The position numbers and the translations under genes are program-made. DNA of 64,000 bases from Acidimicrobiaceae bacterium (GTDB lineage Bacteria > Actinomycetota > Acidimicrobiia > Acidimicrobiales > Aldehydirespiratoraceae). The notes under the pieces are model-generated. The model was not told where the DNA came from, ran no database searches, and saw only the letters and a program-made list of their open reading frames with translations. The stretch is from NCBI GenBank assembly GCA_009845995.1, contig VXYK01000046.1, positions 95,547 through 159,546 of the forward strand. The letters run 5' to 3'. Shown here piece by piece: positions 55,370 through 63,770 of the stretch. The first letter of the stretch is position 1. Each line of letters opens with the position of its first letter.

Positions 55370-55979
55370 ATGATACGTTGGATGGGCGACCAAGGCGGGG
55401 ACGACGGCGGGACAATAACCGACGAGGAGTACGCGGCGCGTGTCTTGGAGCAGGTCCTGCCGGAGCTGAAGTGCAAAGTGCGCCCAGCGAAAGACCATGC
55501 GAAGTCGCATGACATTGACCTCTACGGCCCCGGTGGCGAGGTCGAGGCCCGCGTGGAAGTCGTGAGGCTCACAGACCCCGAAGCCGAAGCGGCGTCCGCA
55601 AGAGATCCCTCCTTGTCTCCCCGCGGTTTCTTCAACCCAGAATCCAATGTCTCGAACCAGGTACAGAAGATGATCGACAAGAAGGCCGAGCACGACCAGG
55701 CCGCTAAGCACGAAGAACCGAAATGGCTGGTAGCAGTCGTGAGTTCGCCCGGCGGGATGGACCTGATGATGACGCTTGGCGTCCGTCCCTCTGAGCAGTG
55801 CAAGGCTGAGGGCGACAAAACCGCTCACCCAACTTGACGGGATCGACTGCCGCATATTCGACGAGGTGTGGGTCGTGTGGGAACAGGTGAGCAGCGATGG
55901 CCAGGAGACTGCGGTCGCTCGCTTGCCACAGCGGATACTCCACCGCTTCCCGGCGTCCTGGCACCTCCCCCGCGCTTGA
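55370..55979 (+). pseudogene. Small hypothetical protein, probably frameshifted at an A4 run (possible PD-(D/E)xK-like core)
   Basis: Track ORF 55370..55837 ends ...GDKTAHPT*. The overlapping frame (track 55776..55979) reads ...KPLTQLDGIDCRIFDEVWVVWEQVSSDGQETAVARLP.... Losing one A at 55817-55820 joins them. HDIDLYGPGGEVEARVEVVRL is nuclease-core-like. Confidence 0.4.
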
Positions 55980-56144
55980 CCACACAGCCGACGGGCTGGA
56001 AGCCCGCTGGTCAGAACCCCCTCTCGGAGAGAGTGCGACCCAGCAGGCGAGGGACAACAGCGACTCGGGCTGCCCGGGAGGAGACGGTTCTAGAGCCGAA
56101 GGGCACCGCGCGCAGAAGCACCTATCGCGCGTCGGCTACAAATA

Positions 56145-56744
56145 TCAGAGATCGCGGGTTGCTGCCGCTCGACTCATCCAGGTATTTCGCGTGTTCCAGC
56201 CAGCGGCATAAGCACGGAGGTCGACGTCATCGTCTTCGGCGAGGATGGTCAGCGCTTCGGGCGGGCAGTTCGGATTGTTGGCAACCTCCCATCGCACACG
56301 CCAGTCCTCGTCTTCAGCTAGGAGTAGGACCGCGTCGGCAGGTGTTGACGGGTTCTTCGCCGCCGCGCAGCGCACCTTCCAGGACAACGGACCCGACGCG
56401 TTGGCGAGACGTGCAAGCAAGAGGGGCGGGCACGACGGGTTCGCCGCGACTCCACTCTTTGCATCCACGTCGGTGCCGACGGCCAGCTGGCCCAGCAACC
56501 ACTGCGGACACGACGGGTTCGCAGCGGCTGTTTCCCGCACCTCTCCTGTTTCGTCTCCAGCGAGCCGCAACATAGCTTCTTCGGGGCACCTTGGGTTGGC
56601 GGCGACGATTCGTCTGACCGAATACTCGCCGGAGGCTAACTCAGCGAGAAGCCACTGTGGACTGTCAGGATCGCCGGCGACTTTGTAATGCGCCCGCAAG
56701 TTGGGGTCGTACAGCAGGTGGCGCTTTCGCGGGCCATCAGTCAT
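56145..56744 (-). CDS. Leucine-rich-repeat-variant (LRV)/HEAT-like repeat protein with NPxCP repeats
   Basis: ATG at 56744 (MTDGPRKRH...). Five repeats: AANPRCPEEAMLRLA, AANPSCPQWLLGQLA, AANPSCPPLLLARLA, AKNPSTPADAVLLLA, ANNPNCPPEALTILA. Confidence 0.6.
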   Translation of the reverse strand: MTDGPRKRHLLYDPNLRAHYKVAGDPDSPQWLLAELASGEYSVRRIVAANPRCPEEAMLRLAGDETGEVRETAAANPSCPQWLLGQLAVGTDVDAKSGVAANPSCPPLLLARLANASGPLSWKVRCAAAKNPSTPADAVLLLAEDEDWRVRWEVANNPNCPPEALTILAEDDDVDLRAYAAGWNTRNTWMSRAAATRDL

Positions 56745-56996
56745 CTCGCGAGAGTATGGGCCGCGGTCCGATCGTCTCGCAAGGAACGGCCTGGCCCTCA
56801 GATACTTCGGAACCCTGCGACACGTAGCAAACTGCACCAAAGGCTCAGCCCCGCTTGAAGCGTCCGGTCATGACATCCTGCCTAGCCTCGTGACGGGTAA
56901 ACGTCGGGCTTACGGTGGATGTGGAGGGCGGACAACCGCGCGACAATCCCGGCCTAGGTCACACCGTTAAGGCCGGTGGTTCGTTGCTGCTCTCGG

Positions 56997-57386
56997 TTAG
57001 AGAGCCTCGACTCGGCAGGGGAGGTTGGGCGCGTTGGCGAGTTTCCTGTCTGCGGTGACCAGCGGGGCATCCAGCAACTCTGCGAGGGCCACGTAGACCG
57101 CGTCGTAGACGGTCACGTTGGCGCGCAACTCCCAGCAGCGTTCCATCATGAGGCGATGCGTGACGCGCTGCACGGGCAGGTCGCGCAGGTCAGAGCGAGC
57201 CAACGACGCTCGCCTCGCATCAAGAAGACCGGCGGCCTCGTGCCGCCGCCAAGCCGAGACGACCTCGACGTCGAGCAGTTCGGGCGCCGAGAGCAACTCC
57301 CCGCTGAGACGCTGACGAGCGGCATCACCTGCCGGTCCGTCGTCACCTAGGGCCAGCACCACCGTACTGGCATCGCAGACGATCAA
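56997..57386 (-). CDS. vapC: PIN-domain toxin (VapC family)
   Basis: MIVCDASTVVLAL... and ...TVYDAVYVALAELLDAPLVTADRKL. 4-nt overlap with the upstream antitoxin. Confidence 0.85.
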   Translation of the reverse strand: MIVCDASTVVLALGDDGPAGDAARQRLSGELLSAPELLDVEVVSAWRRHEAAGLLDARRASLARSDLRDLPVQRVTHRLMMERCWELRANVTVYDAVYVALAELLDAPLVTADRKLANAPNLPCRVEAL

Positions 57387-57613
57387 CGTGAGTCGCGCTC
57401 GGCGCGCACCGCGGCCACGGCCTCCGCCGCGCCGATGTTGCCGCCTGCCCGACCTCCGGCCCGTTCCAGCACTTCACCAAGGGTGGGCTTCCGGGCCTGC
57501 TCGCTCAGCAGGTGAAGCAAGTACTCCTGCAACGACTGTCCAGCTCCGACAGCTCGCCGCCTCAGGGTCTGATGCACATCGCTGGGCACGTTCTTCACTT
57601 GGATACTTGTCAT
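57383..57613 (-). CDS. vapB: RHH-type antitoxin (VapB/FitA-like)
   Basis: MTSIQVKNVPSDVHQTLRRRAVGAGQSLQEYLLHLL is the typical FitA/Arc-like ribbon-helix-helix N-terminus. Confidence 0.8.
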   Translation of the reverse strand: MTSIQVKNVPSDVHQTLRRRAVGAGQSLQEYLLHLLSEQARKPTLGEVLERAGGRAGGNIGAAEAVAAVRAERDSR

Positions 57614-57680
57614 CCTGTGATTGTAACGCCAATTCAGGAGTCAAACATGTATTACAGCGCCAATCTCAGTTGACTGCGCC

Positions 57681-57724
57681 CCATACCCCGCCCGCACGAA
57701 ACGAATGAACCGGGCGGGGTATGG
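57681..57724. repeat. 14-bp perfect inverted repeat with a 16-nt loop
   Basis: ccataccccgcccg (57681-57694) and cgggcggggtatgg (57711-57724). It overlaps the first ATG (57721) proposed by the ORF track for the PHP gene. Confidence 0.9.
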
Positions 57725-57732
57725 TGAGGGTT

Positions 57733-58749
57733 ATGGAGCCGGTTCAAGCGCTGCAACAGGCGATTCACTACCTTGACCGCGAACTGGCGCCTGCGCAGAA
57801 AGTTCGCGCGTTCCAGAACGCGATCGAGGTCGTGCAGCAGGTCGGGGCGACCGAGATCAGCCAACGAGCGGCCGCCGGGACGCTCACCGAACTAGCCGGC
57901 ATCGGCAAGTCGACCGCCACGGTGATCGACGAAGCGCTCAACGACGAGACCGACGGATACCTGGCCCGCCTCGATGAGCGCAGCCGGGTCCCGATGCGCG
58001 AAGGGGGCGAGGTGATGGCCGCGATCCGCGGCGACTGCCACACCCACACCACCGCCTCAGACGGGGGTGCAACGCTTCGCGAAATGGCCGAGACGGCCAT
58101 CGCCTTGGGACACGAGTGGATGGTCATCACCGATCACAGCGCCCGCCTCACCATCGCCCACGGCCTCAACGAAGAGCGCCTGGCCCGACAGCTCACCGAG
58201 ATCGAAGCGCTCAATACCGAACTAGCGCCGTTTCGGGTGCTGACCGGAATGGAAGTCGACATATTCGAAGACGGCGCGCTCGACCTGTCCGACGAGATGC
58301 TCGCACGCCTTGATCTGGTAGTCGCCAGCGTGCACTCGAAGATGCGGCTGCCCGCCGATCAGATGACCAAACGCATGGTCGCCGCTATCGCCAATCCCCA
58401 CACCGATGTACTGGGCCACCTCACCAACCGGAAACTGGTGGGTTCGGGCCGCCCGCCCAGCGACTTCGACCCGGAAATCGTCTTTGCAGCGTGCGCCCAG
58501 TTCGACACCGCCGTGGAGATCAACTGCCGTCCCGAACGTCAAGATCCCCCCGAGGAACTGCTCGACATCGCCCTGCAGTGGGAATGCAAAATCGCCATCG
58601 ACAGCGACGCGCATGCGACCGGGCAACTGGAGTGGCAACCCTACGGAGCCGACAAGGCAGCGCGTTGCGGCGTGCCGATCGATGACATCATCAACACCTG
58701 GCACTGCGACGACCTGCTCGCTTGGACAGCAAGCCACGCCGCAGCCTGA
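57733..58749 (+). CDS. PHP-domain phosphoesterase with N-terminal HhH-like region (PolX C-terminal-like)
   Basis: ...LTELAGIGKSTATVI... (HhH) followed by GDCHTHTTASDG...VITDHS...ASVHS...LGHLT...IDSDAH (PHP metal ligands). Start taken at the second ATG (57733), outside the hairpin. Confidence 0.75.
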   Translation: MEPVQALQQAIHYLDRELAPAQKVRAFQNAIEVVQQVGATEISQRAAAGTLTELAGIGKSTATVIDEALNDETDGYLARLDERSRVPMREGGEVMAAIRGDCHTHTTASDGGATLREMAETAIALGHEWMVITDHSARLTIAHGLNEERLARQLTEIEALNTELAPFRVLTGMEVDIFEDGALDLSDEMLARLDLVVASVHSKMRLPADQMTKRMVAAIANPHTDVLGHLTNRKLVGSGRPPSDFDPEIVFAACAQFDTAVEINCRPERQDPPEELLDIALQWECKIAIDSDAHATGQLEWQPYGADKAARCGVPIDDIINTWHCDDLLAWTASHAAA

Positions 58750-58924
58750 TCACCCGAGTCAGGCTCCGAGGCCGAGCGGATTGATCCCGAATCGGCTGCG
58801 CCGGAGCGAGGCCGTGGCCCGAGCGGCCCGGTGAGCACAGCGAGCAAGAGCGGGAAACAACGGATGCCGGAGCAACGAGTTCAACCCGCGCATGGTCTCA
58901 GATTCCGCCGATAACCTGACCGCC

Positions 58925-59011
58925 ATGTCCAAGCGCACCCAGAAGAAGAAGGCCAAGGCCCGGCGCACCAAGGCGAACCACGGTCGCAAGCCCAACCAGG
59001 GCCGAAACTAG
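58925..59011 (+). CDS. 50S ribosomal protein bL37 (28 aa)
   Basis: MSKRTQKKKAKARRTKANHGRKPNQGRN* matches the actinobacterial bL37 pattern (M.KRGRK...K.KANHGKRPN). An in-frame upstream ATG at 58892 is an alternative start. Below the ORF-track size cut-off. Confidence 0.65.
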   Translation: MSKRTQKKKAKARRTKANHGRKPNQGRN

Positions 59012-59079
59012 GTTGTTCTTGCGCTCGCTCAACTGAGAAGCATCTTGACATCAGCAGACTAGAGCATCAAGATGTCTCC

Positions 59080-59334
59080 ATGCGTACGACTCTGACACTA
59101 GACGACGATGTGGCCGAGGCTTTGAAGGACCAAGCCAGGCAACTCGACCAGCCCTTCAAGCAGGTGGTCAACAACGCGTTGCGCCGCGGCCTGTCCCCGG
59201 CCGCGCCGCAACCGCGGACGCCGTACCGGGTCGCACCACATCGCAGCGGCTTACGGCCCGGCGTCGACCCGCTACGCCTCAACCAGCTCAACGACGCTCT
59301 CGAAGCGAACGATGCCGAGCCGACACAGGCCTGA
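59080..59334 (+). CDS. vapB: Type II antitoxin (VapB-like)
   Basis: MRTTLTLDDDVAEALKDQARQLDQPFKQVVNNALRRGL is the typical antitoxin N-terminus. Its stop overlaps the toxin start by 1 nt. Confidence 0.8.
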   Translation: MRTTLTLDDDVAEALKDQARQLDQPFKQVVNNALRRGLSPAAPQPRTPYRVAPHRSGLRPGVDPLRLNQLNDALEANDAEPTQA

Positions 59335-59765
59335 TGATCGTCCCAGACCTCAACCTGCTCGTCTACGCGCACAGCGACGGGACGCCATTGCACCGACCCG
59401 CCCGGCAATGGTGGGAGGAGCTGGTCAACGGGAGTGAGCGGGTGGGAATGCCGTGGCTGGTCGCCACGGGGTTCGTCCGGTTGCTCACACATCCCAGCGT
59501 GTTGCACCATCCCGCGTCTTCCGACCAAGCTGTGGGCTACGTGACGAGATGGTTCGATTCGCCCAACGTCGTGCCGCTGAACCCGGGCACACAACATCTT
59601 GGGATCTTCCGCAACGCGCTCGCACAAGCTGGAGTGGGCGGCAACCTCGTCACCGATGCACACATTGCAGCGCTCGCCATTGAGCATCAAGCCGAGGTCC
59701 ACTCCAACGACACAGACTTCACCCGCTTCGCCGGACTTCGCTGGCGCAACCCGCTTGACGTCTAG
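59334..59765 (+). CDS. vapC: PIN-domain toxin (VapC family)
   Basis: MIVPDLNLLVYAH... and ...LVTDAHIAALAIEHQAEVHSNDTDFTRF. Confidence 0.85.
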   Translation: MIVPDLNLLVYAHSDGTPLHRPARQWWEELVNGSERVGMPWLVATGFVRLLTHPSVLHHPASSDQAVGYVTRWFDSPNVVPLNPGTQHLGIFRNALAQAGVGGNLVTDAHIAALAIEHQAEVHSNDTDFTRFAGLRWRNPLDV

Positions 59766-59800
59766 GTCCACCTTCCCAACGTCCGGTCTACACTGGCGGC

Positions 59801-60142
59801 GTGCTTGTTTTTGACGGTGACTGCGGATTCTGCACGGCTTCGGCCCGCTGGATCGAAGCGCGGGGGGCAAGGGTCGAGGCCTGGCAGACACTGGATCTGG
59901 CCGAATTGCACCTGACCGTTGCCGACGTTGACGAAGCGGCCTGGTGGATCGATCAAACCGGCGAAAAGTACCGCGGTCACCTGGCAATCGGACACGCACT
60001 CAAGGAAGCGGGCGGAGGCTGGGGATTCATTGGCGCCGTGCTGGTGCGTCCGCCTGTCTCGTGGATCGCCAAACCCGTGTACACCTTGATAGCTCAAAAC
60101 CGAGACAAGCTGCCTGGCGACACCTGCGAACTGAACCGCTGA
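59801..60142 (+). CDS. Thiol-disulfide oxidoreductase DCC family protein (DUF393)
   Basis: LVFDGDCGFCTASARW contains the DCC motif. 113 aa. Confidence 0.75.
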   Translation: MLVFDGDCGFCTASARWIEARGARVEAWQTLDLAELHLTVADVDEAAWWIDQTGEKYRGHLAIGHALKEAGGGWGFIGAVLVRPPVSWIAKPVYTLIAQNRDKLPGDTCELNR

Positions 60143-60221
60143 CGATCGCCCTCACCTGCACGCACACCGATTTACTCGCCGCTGACACGCAACGGCGCAA
60201 GCTCGTGGTAAACCCAACGCC

Positions 60222-60878
60222 GTGAGCGTGACCTTGTCTGAAGCCGAATCGAGACGCCTGGTCTCCGAGCATGGAGTGGTTGTCTCCGGCTTCGTCACCG
60301 GCGAAACCACCGAGACGATCCTCGATGCTCTCAAGACCGACGAATCCGTCACCTATCCGCTCGTAGTCAAGCTGTGCGGGCGCCAGATCGCCCACAAGAG
60401 CGAGCGAGGTCTCCTGCGACTTCAGATCAACGATCAACAGAGCCTGCGAACGGCATGCGACGAACTGCTGGCGGCAGCCGAACCAAGCGACGGGAACGTA
60501 GAACTGCTGGTCTCGTCAATGGTCAAGGGCAGCCGTGAGTTGATCTGTGGCCTCCACAACGATCCGCAGTTCGGACTTGTTGTGATGCTCGGTATCGGCG
60601 GGGTGCTGGCCGAGGCCATCCGTGACGTGGCCTTTCGCCTCGCTCCGATCACCGAGACCGACGCTGCAGAGATGATCGAAGACCTGAACGCCCAGAGGTT
60701 GCTCGGTGAGTTCCGCGGCGAACCCGCACTGCGCCGCCAAGAGCTGATCGACGTACTCATGGCGCTCTGCTCGCTGGGCGCCGCCCACCCCGAGGTTCAT
60801 TCGGTCGACTTGAACCCATTGATCATCGTCGACGGCCGACCAGTGGCCGTGGACGCGCTGGTGGAGTTGACACAATGA
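60222..60878 (+). CDS. ATP-grasp domain protein (ADP-forming acyl-CoA synthetase beta-like)
   Basis: ...LSEAESRRLVSEHGV...YPLVVKL...KSERGLLRL...GLVVMLGIGGVLAEAIRDVAFRLAPI...DLNPLI. 4-nt overlap with the CoA-binding subunit gene. Confidence 0.7.
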   Translation: MSVTLSEAESRRLVSEHGVVVSGFVTGETTETILDALKTDESVTYPLVVKLCGRQIAHKSERGLLRLQINDQQSLRTACDELLAAAEPSDGNVELLVSSMVKGSRELICGLHNDPQFGLVVMLGIGGVLAEAIRDVAFRLAPITETDAAEMIEDLNAQRLLGEFRGEPALRRQELIDVLMALCSLGAAHPEVHSVDLNPLIIVDGRPVAVDALVELTQ

Positions 60879-62335
60879 CCCGCGACCTCTCGGCCCTTTT
60901 CGACCCTCGCGGCATCATCGTCACCGGCGTTTCGAACCACCCGGGAAAATTCGGTTTTGTGTGTCTTCACAATCTCCTGGCGGCCGGTTACCGCGGTGAG
61001 ATCTTCCCGGTAGGCCGCGAACCAGGCGAAGTCCTGGGCCGAAGCGTGCTGGGGTCAATCGACGAAGTACCCGTCGGCAGGGCCGACATGTTGTTCATCT
61101 GCACACCACCGCCGTTGAACGAACACCTGCTGCGCGCCGCCGCGTCCAAGGGAGTGAAGGCCGCTTTCATCGCTGCGGCCGGTTACCGCGAAGCCGGGCC
61201 CGACGGTATCGACGCAGAGCAGAGCCTCGTTGCGGTGGCCGACGAACTCAATATCGCGCTGGCAGGGCCGAACGGGCAGGGCGTCGTCTCAACTCCGTCA
61301 AGCATGTGTGCCCAGATCGTGGCACCCTACGCACCGGCGGGCAACATTGCCGTCGTCAGCCAGTCCGGGAATTTCGTATCGTCGTTGTTGAACATGGCTC
61401 ACCTGAGCGGAGTCGGCATATCACGCGCGGTCTCCGCCGGCAACGCCGCACAACTGGAGGTCACCGACTATCTCGAATGGTTCGACCAAGATCCTGAGAC
61501 TTCGGTGAGCCTCGTCTACATGGAGTCGGTGGACGACGGCCGCGCCATGTTCGAACGACTTCGCGCCATTTCCACAAACAAACCGATCGTGCTGGTAAAG
61601 GGAGGAGCTTCCAGCGCCGGCGCTCGCGCAGCCGCCAGCCATACCGGCGCTCTGGCCACCGACGACGCAGTATTCGACGGTATGAGCCGCCAAGCAGGGC
61701 TGATCCGCGCCCGCGACCTGGAAGAGGGATTCGAAGCCGCAGCGACTCTCGCTACACAGCCGTTGCCCACCGGAAACCGCGTCGTTGTGGTGACAACCGT
61801 CGGCGGATGGGGTGTGGCGGCTGTTGACGCGATGGCCGGCACTCTGCTCGACCCGATCCCGCTACCCGGAGATCTGAAAGCAGAGATCAACGAGTTGCTT
61901 CCGCCGCGTTGGAGCAGGAACAACCCTATCGACATGGCGGGGGGCGAAACCCGTGACACGGTTCCGAGGATTCTTGAGATGGTGGCCGGCCACAGCGAAA
62001 TCGATGCTGTGCTGTTCCTCGGACTGGGAATCCAATCCAACATCGCCGTGATGATGCGCAACGGTCCTTTCTTCCCAGACCACGGGTTGGAGCGAATCGC
62101 CAACTTTCACGAGACTCAGGACGCGCGCTACGCCGGAGCCGCCGCCGCTGTCGCCGAACGCACGAACACTCCTGTGCTGGTAGCCACAGAATTGACGAAC
62201 ACGCGGCCCGAAACACCTGGTCCAGCCACAATGAGAGCAGCCGGTCTGATGTGCCATGCCTCGGCGGCCAGAGCGATCCGCTCCCTCGACCTGCTGGTGC
62301 GCCACGCTCGTTGGAGACAAGCCCGAGGAATCTAG
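60875..62335 (+). CDS. CoA-binding / succinyl-CoA-synthetase-like flavodoxin domain protein (ADP-forming acyl-CoA synthetase alpha-like)
   Basis: LFDPRGIIVTGVSNHPGKFG..., ...GPNGQGVV..., ...VSQSGNF... and ...AASHTGALA (phosphohistidine loop). Confidence 0.8.
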   Translation: MTRDLSALFDPRGIIVTGVSNHPGKFGFVCLHNLLAAGYRGEIFPVGREPGEVLGRSVLGSIDEVPVGRADMLFICTPPPLNEHLLRAAASKGVKAAFIAAAGYREAGPDGIDAEQSLVAVADELNIALAGPNGQGVVSTPSSMCAQIVAPYAPAGNIAVVSQSGNFVSSLLNMAHLSGVGISRAVSAGNAAQLEVTDYLEWFDQDPETSVSLVYMESVDDGRAMFERLRAISTNKPIVLVKGGASSAGARAAASHTGALATDDAVFDGMSRQAGLIRARDLEEGFEAAATLATQPLPTGNRVVVVTTVGGWGVAAVDAMAGTLLDPIPLPGDLKAEINELLPPRWSRNNPIDMAGGETRDTVPRILEMVAGHSEIDAVLFLGLGIQSNIAVMMRNGPFFPDHGLERIANFHETQDARYAGAAAAVAERTNTPVLVATELTNTRPETPGPATMRAAGLMCHASAARAIRSLDLLVRHARWRQARGI

Positions 62336-62451
62336 AGTTCGCAGGCGGGGCTCGAACGAGACCCGCCCCCGCTGAGTTACGCGTGGGGCGGCAGTTCGCG
62401 ATACTGTCATCGCCGATACCCAGTTTTTCTATTAGGACCCTGGAGGGACCA

Positions 62452-63705
62452 ATGCGCAAACTAATGCTCTTATTGAGCATCTTCTTGTCGTTCACGCTCA
62501 TCGCCGCAGCCTGCGGTGACGACGACTCGACCGACACCGGTAGCGACGCCGGCGACGACATGTCAGACACTGGTGATGACATGGCCGACGACATGTCCGA
62601 TGACGATGATCACGACATGGCCGACGACGATGAAGACATGTCAGGCACCCAAGACATGTCCGATGACGATGACATGGTCGACGACAGCGAGAGCATGGCC
62701 GATGACGGCGACATGGCCGAGGCACCAGTTCACGTCGGTCTTGTGTTCGACATCGGCGGTGAAGGAGATCAGTCATTCAACGATTCGGCAGCCGCCGGGT
62801 TGGCCCGAGCAGAAGAGACCTTCAATATCACTACGACCAAGGTCTCACCCAACGACGACGGCAGCAATCGCGCCGAACTGCTCCAACTCCAAGCCGACAC
62901 CAGCGAGATCGTCCTCGCCGTCGGCTTCCTGTTCGAGGGAGACGCAGCCGCGGTGGGCGGTGCCAACAGCGACACCAATTTCGCGGTCATCGACTCTTCG
63001 ATGCTCGAATCCTTCGACCCACCAACACCGTATGCTGACAACATCGCCGGACTCGTCTTCTCCGAAGAGCAGGGATCGTTCCTAGTCGGGGCGGCTGCGG
63101 CACTGAGCAGCGAGACAGGGACGGTTGGTTTCATTGGCGGTGTCTGCTGCTTCGGGCTCATTGAGAAGTTCGAGGCTGGATTCCGGGCCGGAGCGCTCCA
63201 TGTCGACCCCGATATTGAGATCATCTCCCAGTACATCACTGAGTTCCCGGACTTCGACGGGTTCAACGCACCTGACCGCGGGCGTGAAACCGCGCTGGCG
63301 ATCTTCGAGTCCGGTGCCGATGTGATCTATCACGCCGCTGGCGGCACGGGTGCAGGTCTATTCGCCGCAGCGAAAGAACACAGCGAATCGAGCGGCTCCA
63401 AGGTCTGGGGGATCGGCGTCGACTCCGACCAGTATCACACCGTCGACGCTGACGTTCAGGAGTACGTGCTGACCTCAATGCTGAAGCGGGTGGACAGCGC
63501 GATCTTTGAGATCATCAAAGCCCACCTCGAAGGGACCTTCGGACCCGGCGAGACCCGTTACGACCTCTCGGTCGACGGTGTTGGATATTCGTCCTCAGGA
63601 GGCTTCTTGAGCGACGGGATAATCGACCAGCTCGAAGATCTCAAGGCGCAGATCATCGACGGCTCGATCGTGGTTCCGACCGATCCGGCCGAGGCCGGCG
63701 GATAA
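62452..63705 (+). CDS. BMP-family (Bmp/PnrA/Med-like) ABC substrate-binding lipoprotein with a long Asp/Met-rich linker
   Basis: ATG at 62452, lipobox IAAAC. Mature domain VGLVFDIGGEGDQSFNDSAAAGL...GFIGG...WGIGVDSDQY. The track ORF start (62251) lies upstream in non-coding-looking sequence. Confidence 0.8.
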   Translation: MRKLMLLLSIFLSFTLIAAACGDDDSTDTGSDAGDDMSDTGDDMADDMSDDDDHDMADDDEDMSGTQDMSDDDDMVDDSESMADDGDMAEAPVHVGLVFDIGGEGDQSFNDSAAAGLARAEETFNITTTKVSPNDDGSNRAELLQLQADTSEIVLAVGFLFEGDAAAVGGANSDTNFAVIDSSMLESFDPPTPYADNIAGLVFSEEQGSFLVGAAAALSSETGTVGFIGGVCCFGLIEKFEAGFRAGALHVDPDIEIISQYITEFPDFDGFNAPDRGRETALAIFESGADVIYHAAGGTGAGLFAAAKEHSESSGSKVWGIGVDSDQYHTVDADVQEYVLTSMLKRVDSAIFEIIKAHLEGTFGPGETRYDLSVDGVGYSSSGGFLSDGIIDQLEDLKAQIIDGSIVVPTDPAEAGG

Positions 63706-63770
63706 GTTCACGCCATTGACCGTAGTGTGGCCGTTGTGTTGAACCGCAGCAATGTAGCCATATGACGCAG

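Noticed and set aside
55868-56575. 235-aa plus-strand ORF and 117-aa minus-strand ORF (55704..56057) in the island
   Set aside because: The first is Arg/Pro/Ser-rich and is antisense to the NPxCP-repeat gene. The second is antisense to the frameshift extension of the 155-aa gene. Both look like shadow ORFs.
44103-57613. Integrase, transposase or IS element defining the accessory segment
   Set aside because: I looked through all ORFs of 60 aa or more in and around the island for recombinase (tyrosine or serine) or DDE-type motifs and found none. I also could not identify flanking direct repeats by eye. The segment is therefore described as an accessory island without a defined mobility mechanism.
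59041-59074. Promoter/operator for the third vapBC module (catcttga...tcaagatg inverted repeat around a TTGACA hexamer)
   Set aside because: The 8-bp inverted repeat and the -35-like hexamer (59045-59050) are real, but no convincing -10 element occurs at proper spacing. It was not annotated as a promoter.
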